Origin: Myxococcota bacterium
Lineage (GTDB): Bacteria; Myxococcota; XYA12-FULL-58-9; JALHOP01
Direction of reading: 5' to 3'
NCBI GenBank assembly: GCA_041288095.1
Contig: JBGGMJ010000043.1
Coordinates: 1-46,082, forward strand
DNA length: 46,082 nucleotides
Under the pieces are notes generated by a model. It was not told where the DNA came from. It saw only the letters and a program-made list of their open reading frames with translations, and ran no database searches. Shown here piece by piece: positions 19,797 through 29,800 of the stretch; position 1 is the stretch's first letter, and every line of letters starts with the position of its first letter. Position numbers and translations under genes: made by a program.

Positions 19797-20738
19797 TTAG
19801 GCGGCGGCGCTTTGCGCGCGGTTGCCGGTGAGGGTGAGGAAGATGCTCTCGAGCTCTAGTTGGACGCGCTCCATGCGGCGCAGGCCGAGGCCGGCGCCGA
19901 CCAGCGCTTGGGCCAGTGTCTCCCGCGCGTCGGTCGACAGCTCGAGGGTCGCGACGATGATGCCGTCCTCTTCACGGTCAATGGCCGTCTTTGCTACCAC
20001 TCCGCTCTGGCGGACAGCGGCCTCGAAGGCTCCACGGGCTCCGCGGATCTCGACGACGATGCTGGTGGCGCCGGACACCGAGCCCGCGAGCTCCGCTTCG
20101 GTGCCCATGGCGGCGATCCGTCCCCGGTCGATGACGATCAAGCGGTCGCAGGTGTGCTCGATCTCGTTGAGGATGTGGCTCGAGACCAGCACCGTATGGC
20201 GTTCCTTGAGCTTACGGATGAGGGCGCGCATGTGGACCATCTGCTTGGGGTCGAGGCCCGCTGTCGGCTCGTCGAGGACGATGAGGGCCGGCCGGTGCAC
20301 GAGCGCCTGGGCAATGCCGACACGGCGCTGGAAGCCGTTGGACAAGGTGCCGATGAACTCGTTGCGAACGTCGCCGAGGTCGGTGTCCGCGATAGCCGTG
20401 TCGACGTGTCCGGCGACGTCGTTCTTCAAGCCTTTGATGTGCGCGACGAAGGTCAGGTACTCGGCGACACGCATCTCGGGGTAGAGCGGCGGCACCTCGG
20501 GCAAGAACCCGATGCGCGCGCGTACCGCGTCCACGTTGGTCATGAGATCGATGCCGTCGACGGTGATGCGGCCGGCCGTCGGCAGCAAGACGCCGGCGAG
20601 CATCTTCAGCGTCGTCGTCTTGCCGGCGCCGTTCAGGCCCAAAAGACCAACGACCTCGCCTGCTTGGATCGAGAAGCTGGCGTCGCGAACCGCGGCGCGC
20701 TCGCCGTAATATTTGCTGACTTTGTCGAGGACGATCAT
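19797..20738 (-). CDS. GldA-like ABC ATP-binding protein
   Basis: GLNGAGKTT, LSNGFQRR signature variant, LDEPTAGLDP, SSH switch. Confidence 0.93.
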   Translation of the reverse strand: MIVLDKVSKYYGERAAVRDASFSIQAGEVVGLLGLNGAGKTTTLKMLAGVLLPTAGRITVDGIDLMTNVDAVRARIGFLPEVPPLYPEMRVAEYLTFVAHIKGLKNDVAGHVDTAIADTDLGDVRNEFIGTLSNGFQRRVGIAQALVHRPALIVLDEPTAGLDPKQMVHMRALIRKLKERHTVLVSSHILNEIEHTCDRLIVIDRGRIAAMGTEAELAGSVSGATSIVVEIRGARGAFEAAVRQSGVVAKTAIDREEDGIIVATLELSTDARETLAQALVGAGLGLRRMERVQLELESIFLTLTGNRAQSAAA

Positions 20739-20855
20739 GGGGTACCTCGTAGAGTCCGCTTGGTTTCCACAGGCACGGGGTCTCACGCAAGAGGGTGCGG
20801 ATACAACGCGAGACGCTGTTGCCCGATGCGATGCCGCGCGCTATAGCGCCGCCCC

Positions 20856-22424
20856 ATGCTCGAGTCGATGCGCAAATATCATCAATCGATTTTCATCTAC
20901 GTCGTCTTCGGTCTGCTCATTCTCGTGTTCGGAGTGAACTTCGGACCGGGCTCGACCGGCTGTAATCCCTCGCAGGGCTCCGACTATGCCGCCGTGGTGA
21001 ACGGTGAGACCATTCCGCGCGAGGAATGGGCGCAGCACTACAACCGCCAGATCGACATGTACAAGCGCATGCTCCAGGGGAATCGCGACCTCGACGAGGC
21101 CTTCCTCGAGCGCCTGGGTGTTCGCCAGACGGTGATGAACAACCTGGTCGGCGCGCGCCTGGTGGCCCAGGAGGCCCGCGCTCGCGGCATCGGCGTCTCC
21201 GACGAGGAGCTCATCAAGTACCTGGCCGACGTCTACGGGGTGAAGGGCGAGGTCACGGCGCAGCAGTATCAGAACTGGGTACAACGCACGTTTGGTCTCA
21301 CGGTCGACCGTTTCGAGGAGCAGACCAAGAGCGAGCTCGCGGCCCAGAAGCTCGCGGCGATCGTCCAGGAAGGTGTCGATGTCAGCGACTCGGAGCTGCG
21401 CGCCAGCTTCTTGAAGGAGCATGACCGCGCCATGACGAGCTTCGTGAAGTTCGACCCGGACGCCATGCCGAAGGTCGCGGTGACGCCGGCCCAGGTCGAC
21501 AAGGTGCTCGCCGAGAAGGCCGCCGACGTCGAGGCCCGCTACAAGAAGGATCAGTTCAAGTACAACACGCCGAAGCAGCAGCGCGTGCGCCAGATCGTGA
21601 AGAGCGTTGCCCAGGACGCCAGCGACGCCGACGTGCAAAAGGCGCGTGGCGCGTTGCTCGAGCTCAAGACCCGCATTGACGGCGGCGCTGATTTCGCCGC
21701 GATTGCCAAGGAAAGCTCCGACGACGAGGCCACCAAGGACAAAGGTGGCGACATCGGCTACGTCTCGGCCGGCCAGCTCGCGCGCGTGCTCGATGAGGCC
21801 GTCGCGAAGCTCAAGGCTGGCGAGATCGCCGCCGAGCCGGTGCGCACGCCGCGCGGCTTGTACCTGTTGCAGGTCACCGAGATCCGCGAGGCCACCCAGA
21901 AGCCGTTCGAGGAAGTGAAGCGCGAGGTAGCCCAGTCGATGCTCGCCGAGCAGCAGAGCGACGAGGCGGCTCAAGCGGCCGCCAGGGCGTTCCTGGCCAA
22001 GCTCAAGAGCGGCACGACGCTCGAGTCACTGACCGTGGCCGAGTCGGAGGTGCGTGATCAACCGCAAGGCGCCGCCAAGCCGACCCGCCAAGAGACGCCT
22101 TGGATTCTCAAGAGCCAAGAGGCGATCCCGCGCATCGGCGCCTCGAAAGAGCTGCACGACGCGATCTTCGCGCTCACCAAGGAAGCGCCCCTGCCGGGTG
22201 ACGCTCACAAGGTCGGCCGCTCGTACTACGTGGTCGTCTACAAGGATCGCGAGATCCCGGACGAGACCACGTTCGCCGCGACGAAAGAGACGCTGCGCCG
22301 CGATGCGCTCTCCGAGAAGCGCGACCGCGTCTTCCGCGACTGGGTCGAGCACCTGCGCGAGAAGGCGACCGTCGAGGTCAACCCGGCGTTGATGCCGCAG
22401 GCTCCGGCGGAAGCACAGGGCTAG
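20856..22424 (+). CDS. PpiD/SurA-N family peptidyl-prolyl isomerase/chaperone
   Basis: MLESMRK plus TM anchor, AAVVNGETI, GVSDEEL, parvulin-like ADFAAIAKESSDD..KGGDIG and PVRTPRG. Confidence 0.88.
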   Translation: MLESMRKYHQSIFIYVVFGLLILVFGVNFGPGSTGCNPSQGSDYAAVVNGETIPREEWAQHYNRQIDMYKRMLQGNRDLDEAFLERLGVRQTVMNNLVGARLVAQEARARGIGVSDEELIKYLADVYGVKGEVTAQQYQNWVQRTFGLTVDRFEEQTKSELAAQKLAAIVQEGVDVSDSELRASFLKEHDRAMTSFVKFDPDAMPKVAVTPAQVDKVLAEKAADVEARYKKDQFKYNTPKQQRVRQIVKSVAQDASDADVQKARGALLELKTRIDGGADFAAIAKESSDDEATKDKGGDIGYVSAGQLARVLDEAVAKLKAGEIAAEPVRTPRGLYLLQVTEIREATQKPFEEVKREVAQSMLAEQQSDEAAQAAARAFLAKLKSGTTLESLTVAESEVRDQPQGAAKPTRQETPWILKSQEAIPRIGASKELHDAIFALTKEAPLPGDAHKVGRSYYVVVYKDREIPDETTFAATKETLRRDALSEKRDRVFRDWVEHLREKATVEVNPALMPQAPAEAQG

Positions 22425-22438
22425 GCGGCGCAAGGCCC

Positions 22439-23053
22439 CTAGTTCGCTCGCTCTTCGCGAAAACCGATGACGCGCGTGGCGTAACGCGCGGTGCCGAGGC
22501 GGTCCGCGGTGCGGCGGGCGAACGCGATGGCTCCGAAGGCCAGGATCGCCGCCGCTCCCAGGAGTGGGATCGACGCGATCTGCAAGTCCGCTATACCGAA
22601 CACGACATAGGGCGGAGCGAGGGTCGCGGCGACGCGAACCACGTTGAGGTCGCGCTTGGACTCGCGGCTCGCCGTGACCTCGGCGTGCCGTGGCTCGCTG
22701 CCGGTGGCGATGAGCCGTTGCGAGGTGATGCGTGCGTTTCGCCCCGCCCGCCATGCGAGCAGCGCCAGAAGTCCCGCGAGCACCGCGGCGCCCGTGACGT
22801 GCCAGCGTGAAGCCGTTGGTAGAGAGGTACCAATGCCATAGGCCGCCCAGACCGCGATGGCCGCGCAGGTCAGCAACGCCCCCTGCAGGAACGAATAGGT
22901 AACGACACTTTCGGCCGCGTCGACGGCCGCGCCGCGCGGGTCCTCGATGAGGGTTCGGCGCCGCTGAAAGATGGGTACGACGCCGGTGGCTTCGGGGGGT
23001 GGCGGGGGAGGCGTGGCCGCCTGGCGCGTGGGATTTTCGGATGTAGCCCGCAT
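22439..23053 (-). CDS. Hypothetical membrane protein (about 4 TM)
   Basis: Pro-rich N-terminus then four hydrophobic segments; fills the gap between two + strand genes. Confidence 0.6.
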   Translation of the reverse strand: MRATSENPTRQAATPPPPPPEATGVVPIFQRRRTLIEDPRGAAVDAAESVVTYSFLQGALLTCAAIAVWAAYGIGTSLPTASRWHVTGAAVLAGLLALLAWRAGRNARITSQRLIATGSEPRHAEVTASRESKRDLNVVRVAATLAPPYVVFGIADLQIASIPLLGAAAILAFGAIAFARRTADRLGTARYATRVIGFREERAN

Positions 23054-23171
23054 GAGGGTTGCATTCTCGGGGCTCGCGCCGCTTCGGTGTTTGCTACCCC
23101 CATGACTTTACGACACCCGCCCCTAAGCCAGACTCTTGGCCTGCCCTTGGGCCTCTCATAGAGTCCCCGCC

Positions 23172-24332
23172 ATGTTCGAAACCCGGCTGACCGAAGACCA
23201 GGACATGATGATCCAGAGCGCCCGCAAGCTGGTGCGTGACGTCATCATCACTCCGAAGCGCGACATGCAGCTCGACAAGAGCGGTGAGTTTCCGCACGAC
23301 GTCTACAAGAAGCTGTGGGAAGCCGGAATGGTGAACCTCGAGTTCCCCGAATCGGTGGGCGGTCCCGGGCTCTCGTGCATCGATCATGTCGCCATCGGCG
23401 AGGAGATCCACTACGGCTGTCTCGGCATCAGCACGTCCGTCATGGCGAACAATCTCGCCGCCATGCCGTTGATGATCGCCAAGCACGACGCCCTGATGAA
23501 AAAGTACATGAGCCCGTTGTGCGAGGCGCCCCGCTACGCGGCCTACGGCTGCAGCGAGCCCGACGCCGGCTCCGACGTCGCCGCCATGACCACGAAGTTC
23601 GTGAAGAAGGGCGACAAGTACATCCTCAATGGGCAGAAGCGCTGGATCACCAACGGCGATGTCGCCGACTGGTGGCTGGTCTTCGCGCGTGAGGACGGCA
23701 CCAAGGGTCACAAGGGCATCGCCGCCTTCGTGGTCGAAGCCAAGTGGCCGGGCGCGCGCTGGGACGCTCTCGTGCACAAGCTCGGCCAGCGCGCCTCGCA
23801 CACCTGCGATCTCGTCTTCGAGGACGTCGAGGTGCCCGCGGAGAACATGGTCGTCGGCCCCGAGCATGGCTTCAAGCTCGCCATGAGCACGTTCGATCGC
23901 TCGCGTCCGTGGATCGCCGCCGGCGCCACGGGCGTCATCCGCCGCGCCCGCGACGAGTCGCTGCGCTACGCCACCGAGCGCAAGACCTTCGGCACCGCCA
24001 TCATCAATCATCAAGCGGTGGCGACCATGATCGCGGACATGGAGATCGCCTATCAGGCGACGCGCTTGCTCGGGTTGTCCGCTGCGGCGGCCGTGGACCG
24101 CGGTGACCTGCGCGGTACGCACAGCGCTTGCGCGAAGGCCTACGGCGCCGACGCGGCGATGAAAGCGACCACCGACGCGGTGCAGATCTTCGGTGGCTAC
24201 GGCTACACCAGCGAATTCGTCGTCGAGAAGCTGATGCGCGACGCGAAGCTCCTGCAGATCTACGAGGGCACCTCGCAGATTCAGCGGGTGGTCATCGCGC
24301 GCGATTTGGTGCGGCAGCTAGGCGAGAGCTGA
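23172..24332 (+). CDS. Acyl-CoA dehydrogenase
   Basis: SEPDAGSD, NGQKRWITNG, KLGQRAS, R.TFG, QIFGGYGY, RDAKLLQIYEGTSQIQR. Confidence 0.96.
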   Translation: MFETRLTEDQDMMIQSARKLVRDVIITPKRDMQLDKSGEFPHDVYKKLWEAGMVNLEFPESVGGPGLSCIDHVAIGEEIHYGCLGISTSVMANNLAAMPLMIAKHDALMKKYMSPLCEAPRYAAYGCSEPDAGSDVAAMTTKFVKKGDKYILNGQKRWITNGDVADWWLVFAREDGTKGHKGIAAFVVEAKWPGARWDALVHKLGQRASHTCDLVFEDVEVPAENMVVGPEHGFKLAMSTFDRSRPWIAAGATGVIRRARDESLRYATERKTFGTAIINHQAVATMIADMEIAYQATRLLGLSAAAAVDRGDLRGTHSACAKAYGADAAMKATTDAVQIFGGYGYTSEFVVEKLMRDAKLLQIYEGTSQIQRVVIARDLVRQLGES

Positions 24333-24338
24333 CACGCC

Positions 24339-24743
24339 ATGGGCTACATGCGGGTACGCGTGGAGCACAACGTGTCGCACGACGTGTACGTGATCGCCGG
24401 TAGTACCCGCATCGACGACGAAGACGACTGCAAGAGCTTCGTGCGCTTCTTCGAGGACCAGTTCGCGGCCCTTGGTCACAAGGTCGACGTCATCTTCGTG
24501 CCCGGTGAATTCATCATCGAGCCCGCGATGGTGGAGCCTTGGGGGCGCGCCCGTCAGGAAGTGTTCGACCGCTTCTTCGGGCTCAGCATCCGCGTCGTTT
24601 CGGACTACGACTTCTCCATCGACCAGGCCACCAAGGCCATCAAACGCAAAGAAGTAGTCAGCTCGGCGCCCGACATCGAGACGGCGCTCGTGCTCATCGC
24701 GCATATGCGCGCCCAGCAATCAGAGTCTGACGCAACAGCATGA
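24339..24743 (+). CDS. Small hypothetical protein (alpha/beta, possibly STAS-like)
   Basis: Starts 6 nt after the acyl-CoA dehydrogenase stop; coding-like codon usage. The fold guess is weak. Confidence 0.65.
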   Translation: MGYMRVRVEHNVSHDVYVIAGSTRIDDEDDCKSFVRFFEDQFAALGHKVDVIFVPGEFIIEPAMVEPWGRARQEVFDRFFGLSIRVVSDYDFSIDQATKAIKRKEVVSSAPDIETALVLIAHMRAQQSESDATA

Positions 24744-24778
24744 AATCACGGGAAAATCGCTCGACTGTCAGGTTTTCA

Positions 24779-24807
24779 CGCAACCTGACGGCATGACCTG
24801 CCGATAA
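24779..24807 (+). promoter_or_regulatory. CGCAAC-N15-GCCGATAA promoter candidate (sigma28-like -10)
   Basis: Exact GCCGATAA at 24800-24807 with a second CCGATAA at 24810-24816. Lies 46 nt before ATG 24854 and overlaps the inverted repeat 24765-24791. Confidence 0.55.
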
Positions 24808-24853
24808 CTCCGATAACGGGGCGTTTCTGTCCTGGCGGAGCGTGTGTTCGTCG

Positions 24854-26164
24854 ATGGCCGGCATCAGCGACGCGGTGACTGCGATCCGAACGAGCGTCAA
24901 CCATACGCTGACGCGTGCGTCCGTCACCCTCAACGTCGCCGCCAACGTCCGCGCACCGCTGCAGCTCGACTGCGAGGCCATCGCCGACCAAGCCGAGGTT
25001 TGCACCGTCCCCACGGGGCCGAGTGTCGCCAACGCTCTGAGCATGCCGTCACTCGCCGGCAGCAATCCGCGCCGGCCTGCCGCTCGTGCGCCCGTGACCG
25101 GACAGGGCACGCCTGAGCCCGCGACCGACGCAGTTGCGACGCCCGCGGTGGTATCCGGGGATGATCAGCCGGCGCACTCGCCACTCGTCACCGTGCAAAA
25201 TCGCCAAGGCCTCGGCGCCCAGATCGACGCCGCCATCGCGGGCTCGACCTCCGAGGTCGCACTCGCCTCCCGCAACGCCGACGGCGTGGTGATCACACCG
25301 CCGGATCGCGCAGGCGCCATCAACGCGTTGACCGCCGCCATCCGCCGCGACACCGCGACCTACAGCGAAGTCGCTCGCGTCCGCGATCTCTTCAATCGAC
25401 GCTTCGGTACCAACTACACCACCGACCAGTTCAATTACGTGCTCGGCGCCGCGCGTTACTCCCTCGAGGCCGGCGGTCAAGCGCTCCCCGATGGACGCCG
25501 CGTCTACGCCAAGCTGACGCGCGCTGCCTGGGTTGCGTTGGCCGCGCATGCCATCCAGCTCGCGGATCACGACGGTACGCTTCGCTTCGGCAATCAACGC
25601 GTCAACGTGCCCGAAGCTACCCGGTTCGTCGAAGCCGTCCTGACGTCGAACGTCGCCGAAGATCTCCGCCGTAGCGGCCGCGCCGGCACCGAGCGAGAGG
25701 TCGCTGACGAAGTCGAAGCCGCCGGCCAGCGCTTCATGAGCACGCCGCTCCCGGGCCAACGCCAGGCGGCGGCGCGCATGCGCACGCTCCCGGGTCAGCG
25801 CGAAGACGAGATCGTCGTTACCGGCCGCCGGCAGGTTGGTGAGATCTACGCGCGCACGCCCGAGCTGCGCAACATCGCCATCGCGGGCACCGTGTCTCCC
25901 TCGGCGCCCCTCGCCGAAGGCGTGCACAGCACCGGCGTCACCTACGTCGCCTACAACGCGTTGAGCCCCACGCAACGTCGCGCCATCCAGCTCGAGGAAG
26001 AGCGCCAAGCGAGCTTCGACCGAGCCATGGGTCGAGCCACCCGAGACCTCGATGGCCACCGCCGACAGGTTGCGCGCTTCGTCGAGCGTCGCATCGAGGT
26101 ACGCGAGGCCGAGCTCGACGCCGAAGAGCGTGACCCAGCCGCGCCGCACGTCATCCGCGCCTAG
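24854..26164 (+). CDS. Hypothetical protein, no recognisable domain
   Basis: Long ORF with GC3-biased codons, GGAG at 24837-40, low-complexity N-terminus and no signal peptide. Confidence 0.7.
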   Translation: MAGISDAVTAIRTSVNHTLTRASVTLNVAANVRAPLQLDCEAIADQAEVCTVPTGPSVANALSMPSLAGSNPRRPAARAPVTGQGTPEPATDAVATPAVVSGDDQPAHSPLVTVQNRQGLGAQIDAAIAGSTSEVALASRNADGVVITPPDRAGAINALTAAIRRDTATYSEVARVRDLFNRRFGTNYTTDQFNYVLGAARYSLEAGGQALPDGRRVYAKLTRAAWVALAAHAIQLADHDGTLRFGNQRVNVPEATRFVEAVLTSNVAEDLRRSGRAGTEREVADEVEAAGQRFMSTPLPGQRQAAARMRTLPGQREDEIVVTGRRQVGEIYARTPELRNIAIAGTVSPSAPLAEGVHSTGVTYVAYNALSPTQRRAIQLEEERQASFDRAMGRATRDLDGHRRQVARFVERRIEVREAELDAEERDPAAPHVIRA

Positions 26165-26208
26165 CTACGGCCGGTTTTGGTCGGACCCATCCTATATATC
26201 CGTTCAGG

Positions 26209-27606
26209 ATGAAGGGCGCGGCGAAGCTCAAGTCGATCTACGTTTGTCAGGCCTGCGGCCAGAACGAGCAGAAGTGGCTCGGGCGCTGCAACGCGTGCGG
26301 CGCTTGGAACACCTTCGTCGAAGAGGTCACGGCCAAGTCGTCGAAGCGTGACGTGGCCGGCCCCAAGGTCAAGAGCACGCGCCTCGCCGACGTCGCGATG
26401 GCCGACGAGCCGCGCCGCTCCACCGGTATTGCCGAGCTCGATCGTGTTCTCGGCGGCGGACTGGTGCATGGCGCGCTCATTCTCGTCGGCGGCGACCCGG
26501 GTATCGGCAAGTCGACGCTGCTCCTCCAGGCGATGGGCGCTATGGCGAACAAGGGTCTCACGACGCTTTACGTGAGCGCCGAAGAGTCGCTGCGTCAGGT
26601 AAAGCTGCGCGCCGATCGCTTGGGTATCGCTAGCGACAACCTACACTTGCTCGCCGAGACACGCCTCGAGGCGCTCGAAGAAGCGCGCCAGGAGCTCTCA
26701 CCAGACGTGCTGGTGGTCGATTCGATCCAGACCGTCGGCTTGTCGGCCATCGAGAGCGCCACCGGCTCGGTCTCGCAGATCCGCGGCGTCACGCAGCGTC
26801 TGATGGAGATCGCCAAGGGCGACGGCGTCACCACGTTCGTCGTCGGCCACGTCACCAAAGACGGCGCCATCGCCGGCCCCAAGGTGATGGAGCACATGGT
26901 CGACACGGTGCTCTACTTCGAAGGCGAGCGCACCGGGCCATACCGCATCCTGCGGGCCCACAAGAATCGTTTCGGATCCTCGCAAGAGATCGGCGTCTTC
27001 GAGATGCTGCCCGAGGGCTTGGCACCGGTCGGCAACCCCTCGCAGCTCTTCTTGTCGCAGCGCGTGCAGGGGCCGGGCGCGACGGTCGTCACCTCGCTCG
27101 AGGGCTCGCGGCCCATCCTGCTCGAGGTGCAAGCGCTTGCCACGCCGGCCATCTACGGAACGCCGCGGCGCACCACCATCGGCTTCGATCAACAACGCGT
27201 CGCCATGTTGTGCGCGGTGCTCGAGCAGCACACCGGTATCAGCCTGAGCGGCGCCGACGTCTACGTGAACGTCGCGGGCGGTGTCCGCTTGAGCGAACCT
27301 GCGGCGGATCTCGGGGTCGTGGTGGCGTTGGCCTCGGCGGCTGCCCGCGAGCCTGTACCGCCCGACGTCGTGATGATCGGCGAAGTGGGGCTTGCCGGCG
27401 AAGTGCGTGGAGTGTCGCAGCTCGGCGCGCGCGTGCACGAGGCGGCGCAGCTCGGCTTCAAACGTTGTTACGTGCCGGCTATCGATGTGCAGCGCTGGTC
27501 CGGGGCACCCGCGGCATTACCGCTTCACGGTGTTGCCGGCGTCCGGGAGCTCTTGAGTGATCTCGGGCTCGAGCGGACCAGGACGTTGCCGCGCGCCGCT
27601 TCGTAG
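26209..27606 (+). CDS. radA: DNA repair protein RadA/Sms
   Basis: CQACG..KWLGRCNACGAWNT zinc finger, GGDPGIGKSTLL, KNRFG motif, Lon-like C-terminus. Confidence 0.97.
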   Translation: MKGAAKLKSIYVCQACGQNEQKWLGRCNACGAWNTFVEEVTAKSSKRDVAGPKVKSTRLADVAMADEPRRSTGIAELDRVLGGGLVHGALILVGGDPGIGKSTLLLQAMGAMANKGLTTLYVSAEESLRQVKLRADRLGIASDNLHLLAETRLEALEEARQELSPDVLVVDSIQTVGLSAIESATGSVSQIRGVTQRLMEIAKGDGVTTFVVGHVTKDGAIAGPKVMEHMVDTVLYFEGERTGPYRILRAHKNRFGSSQEIGVFEMLPEGLAPVGNPSQLFLSQRVQGPGATVVTSLEGSRPILLEVQALATPAIYGTPRRTTIGFDQQRVAMLCAVLEQHTGISLSGADVYVNVAGGVRLSEPAADLGVVVALASAAAREPVPPDVVMIGEVGLAGEVRGVSQLGARVHEAAQLGFKRCYVPAIDVQRWSGAPAALPLHGVAGVRELLSDLGLERTRTLPRAAS

Positions 27607-29088
27607 CGTCGTCATCATGACGCCGGTCACGCCTTTGACCGCGCCGCCAGGAACGTTCGACACGCGGCGCACGAGCTGCGCGACCTCGCCGTAGAGCTCG
27701 GTGATGACCACGTCTTCCTCGACCTCGCCGAGCTCCGCGACCGCGAGCAAGCGATGCAGCGCGTACAGCCCGAAAAGGAAGGCGATGACGAAGATGAAGT
27801 CGAGGCCTTGCAGATCGATGGCCGTGATGTGGGCACGCTCGACGGCGCCGGTGAGCCAGTGCAGATCGATCGACAGGTGCTCTTCGGCGAAGTGATCGGA
27901 GGCGATGCCCGCGAGGATCGGAGCGATGGTCGCCGCGGTGCCGCTGATGATCGCGTTCACCGCGAGGAAGGCGGTCGCCTTGCCCTTGGGCGCCGCCTTG
28001 AGCGCCAGTCCGGCCGCGGAGAGGTTCACGCCGGCGGTCGAGACGCCGGAGAGCACGTGGATGAGCACCAAGAGCGGTACTGTCAGCACGTATTTTCCGG
28101 GCAGGGTCGTGAAGGTCCAGAGGGCGATGGTGAGGACGAAGAGTGACCCCGAGACGCTCATGACCGACTTGTTGCTGAAGCGATCCGCGAGCCGTCCCCA
28201 TATGCGATAGAACGCGACGTTCGCGACCTGGCTCGCGACCGAGAAGCCGATGACCCACGCCATGGGTAGCTCGAGCGTCTTGATCATGTAGACGGTGAAG
28301 AACGGCATCGCGAGGTTCACCGCGAAGTTCCACGAGCCGAGGAACATCAGGAGCTTCCTGAAGTTGCCGTCGCGCAGCGGCTCGAGGAGCAGGCGGACGA
28401 GGCTGTCACCGCTCCGTGGCGCCATGCGCGGCTCGGGCACCTTCGCGAGGGCGCCGGCGCCGACGAAACCAAAGAGCGCGCCGACGGCGAAGAGCGCGCT
28501 GTAGAGAGTGAGCGCGGAGGCAAAGAGCTGCGTGCCACGGTCGATGAGCACGCCCGACGTGAGCGTCAGGATCGCGCTCAACGCGGTGGCGATGGTGAGC
28601 CGCTTCGCGAGGTAGCGACCCATGATCGGCTCGGGGACGATGTCGCGCTTCCACGAATTGAAGGCGCAGCTCTGGATGGTGCCGAACGCGGAGTAGAGGG
28701 TCAGACACAGCATGAGCACCGGGATGCTCATCGGCGTGTCGCTGGCCGCGCCGAGCCACGGCAGCGCCGCGATGAGCAACCAGAAGCTGCGGCTGAACAA
28801 CGCCGCTAGGACCGCGAGCAGCTTTCGCCGGCGGGTGATCTCGATCAGATAGATCGCGGGCACCTGGAGAATCTGCGTTAGCGGAGCGATGCTCGCGATC
28901 AACCCGATGACGGTGTTCGAGGCTCCGAGGAGCAGCGCATACGCGACCAAGAAGGCGCCGCCGGTGAGCTGGGTCATCACCTGGGAGGCGATGCCGTCGA
29001 CCAGGAGGAGCTTCAGGCCATGTTGCACTTCCGCTTCGTCGAGGTTGTCTCGCGGCTTGAAATCGAAGGCGGAAGTAGTGGCGCTCAC
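27517..29088 (-). CDS. MFS transporter
   Basis: About 12 TM segments, WGRLADRFSNK motif A, PLRDGNFRK central loop. Start taken as GTG 29088. Confidence 0.88.
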   Translation of the reverse strand: MSATTSAFDFKPRDNLDEAEVQHGLKLLLVDGIASQVMTQLTGGAFLVAYALLLGASNTVIGLIASIAPLTQILQVPAIYLIEITRRRKLLAVLAALFSRSFWLLIAALPWLGAASDTPMSIPVLMLCLTLYSAFGTIQSCAFNSWKRDIVPEPIMGRYLAKRLTIATALSAILTLTSGVLIDRGTQLFASALTLYSALFAVGALFGFVGAGALAKVPEPRMAPRSGDSLVRLLLEPLRDGNFRKLLMFLGSWNFAVNLAMPFFTVYMIKTLELPMAWVIGFSVASQVANVAFYRIWGRLADRFSNKSVMSVSGSLFVLTIALWTFTTLPGKYVLTVPLLVLIHVLSGVSTAGVNLSAAGLALKAAPKGKATAFLAVNAIISGTAATIAPILAGIASDHFAEEHLSIDLHWLTGAVERAHITAIDLQGLDFIFVIAFLFGLYALHRLLAVAELGEVEEDVVITELYGEVAQLVRRVSNVPGGAVKGVTGVMMTTLRSGARQRPGPLEPEITQELPDAGNTVKR

Positions 29089-29162
29089 AGCGGGTTTCGG
29101 CGTCTTCTGACACGCGCGATCGTAACTGGCAACACGGCGGCCTTCGGCTACTCTTGTGGGCA

Positions 29163-29510
29163 ATGGCAGGCAGCGAACGACGTGTCCATCCGCGTGTGCC
29201 CCTCAAGCTACTCGTCCAGTTCCGCCTGACTGACGTGGACCAGTTCATGCGCGAGCATGCGGTCAACCTGTCGATCGGCGGCATGTTCATCGCCACCACC
29301 GAGCCACGGCCCATCGGCGTGCTGGTTTACCTGCAATTCCGCGTCGCTGACGGCGGCACGCTCATCGAGGGTCTGGGGAGAGTCGTGCATGTGAACGACC
29401 CCAAGACCGAAGAGCCGGGCATGGGCATCGAGTTCGTGAATCTCGACGAGGGCTCGCGGGAGTTCATCGATGCCGCGATCCATGCGCGGCTGGAGCGCGC
29501 GACAGCCTAG
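29163..29510 (+). CDS. Stand-alone PilZ-domain protein (myxobacterial TIGR02266-like)
   Basis: RRVHPR (RxxxR) and NLSIGGMFI (D/NxSxxG) c-di-GMP motifs; PGMGIEF. Confidence 0.88.
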   Translation: MAGSERRVHPRVPLKLLVQFRLTDVDQFMREHAVNLSIGGMFIATTEPRPIGVLVYLQFRVADGGTLIEGLGRVVHVNDPKTEEPGMGIEFVNLDEGSREFIDAAIHARLERATA

Positions 29511-29524
29511 GCTGGCGCCAACAC

Positions 29525-29800
29525 TCACACCCGACGCTGCCGCTCCTTCCACTGATTGTGGGCGCGACAGAGCCATTGCATGTTCGCCGGCGTCGTCTCT
29601 CCGCCGTCTGCCCAACGGATCCTGTGGTCTCGCTCGAGCCGTCGAAATGCACCGGTGCATTTTGCGCGGGCTTCTTCTCGCACTTGAGCTTGGCGAACTT
29701 GCGCGCCTCGACCTTCGCGCAGCGCTCGAGGTGCCAGTCGCGTCGACTCACCTCGGCGAGCTTCGACAAGCAACGCGATAGCGGCTCGCCAGTGAAGCAA
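29525..29800 (-). pseudogene. HNH endonuclease remnant
   Basis: LERDHRIRWADGGETTPANMQWLCRAHNQWK matches the DH..GG....N...LC..HN..K pattern. No convincing start, and the upstream part appears to be in a different frame. Confidence 0.65.

Noticed and set aside
16243-20738. Gld-like ABC operon as evidence of Bacteroidetes-type gliding or a novel system
   Set aside because: The GldA/F/G + DUF4340 module is widespread in non-gliding bacteria; nothing unusual here.
23054-23110. Fifth copy of the CGCAAC/GCCGA promoter motif before the 23053 gene
   Set aside because: GCAAAC and CCCGAGAA are present, but both spacing (17 nt) and sequence deviate.
25802-25828. EDEIVVTGR as a TonB box
   Set aside because: It is internal to a protein with no signal peptide or beta-barrel; likely coincidental.
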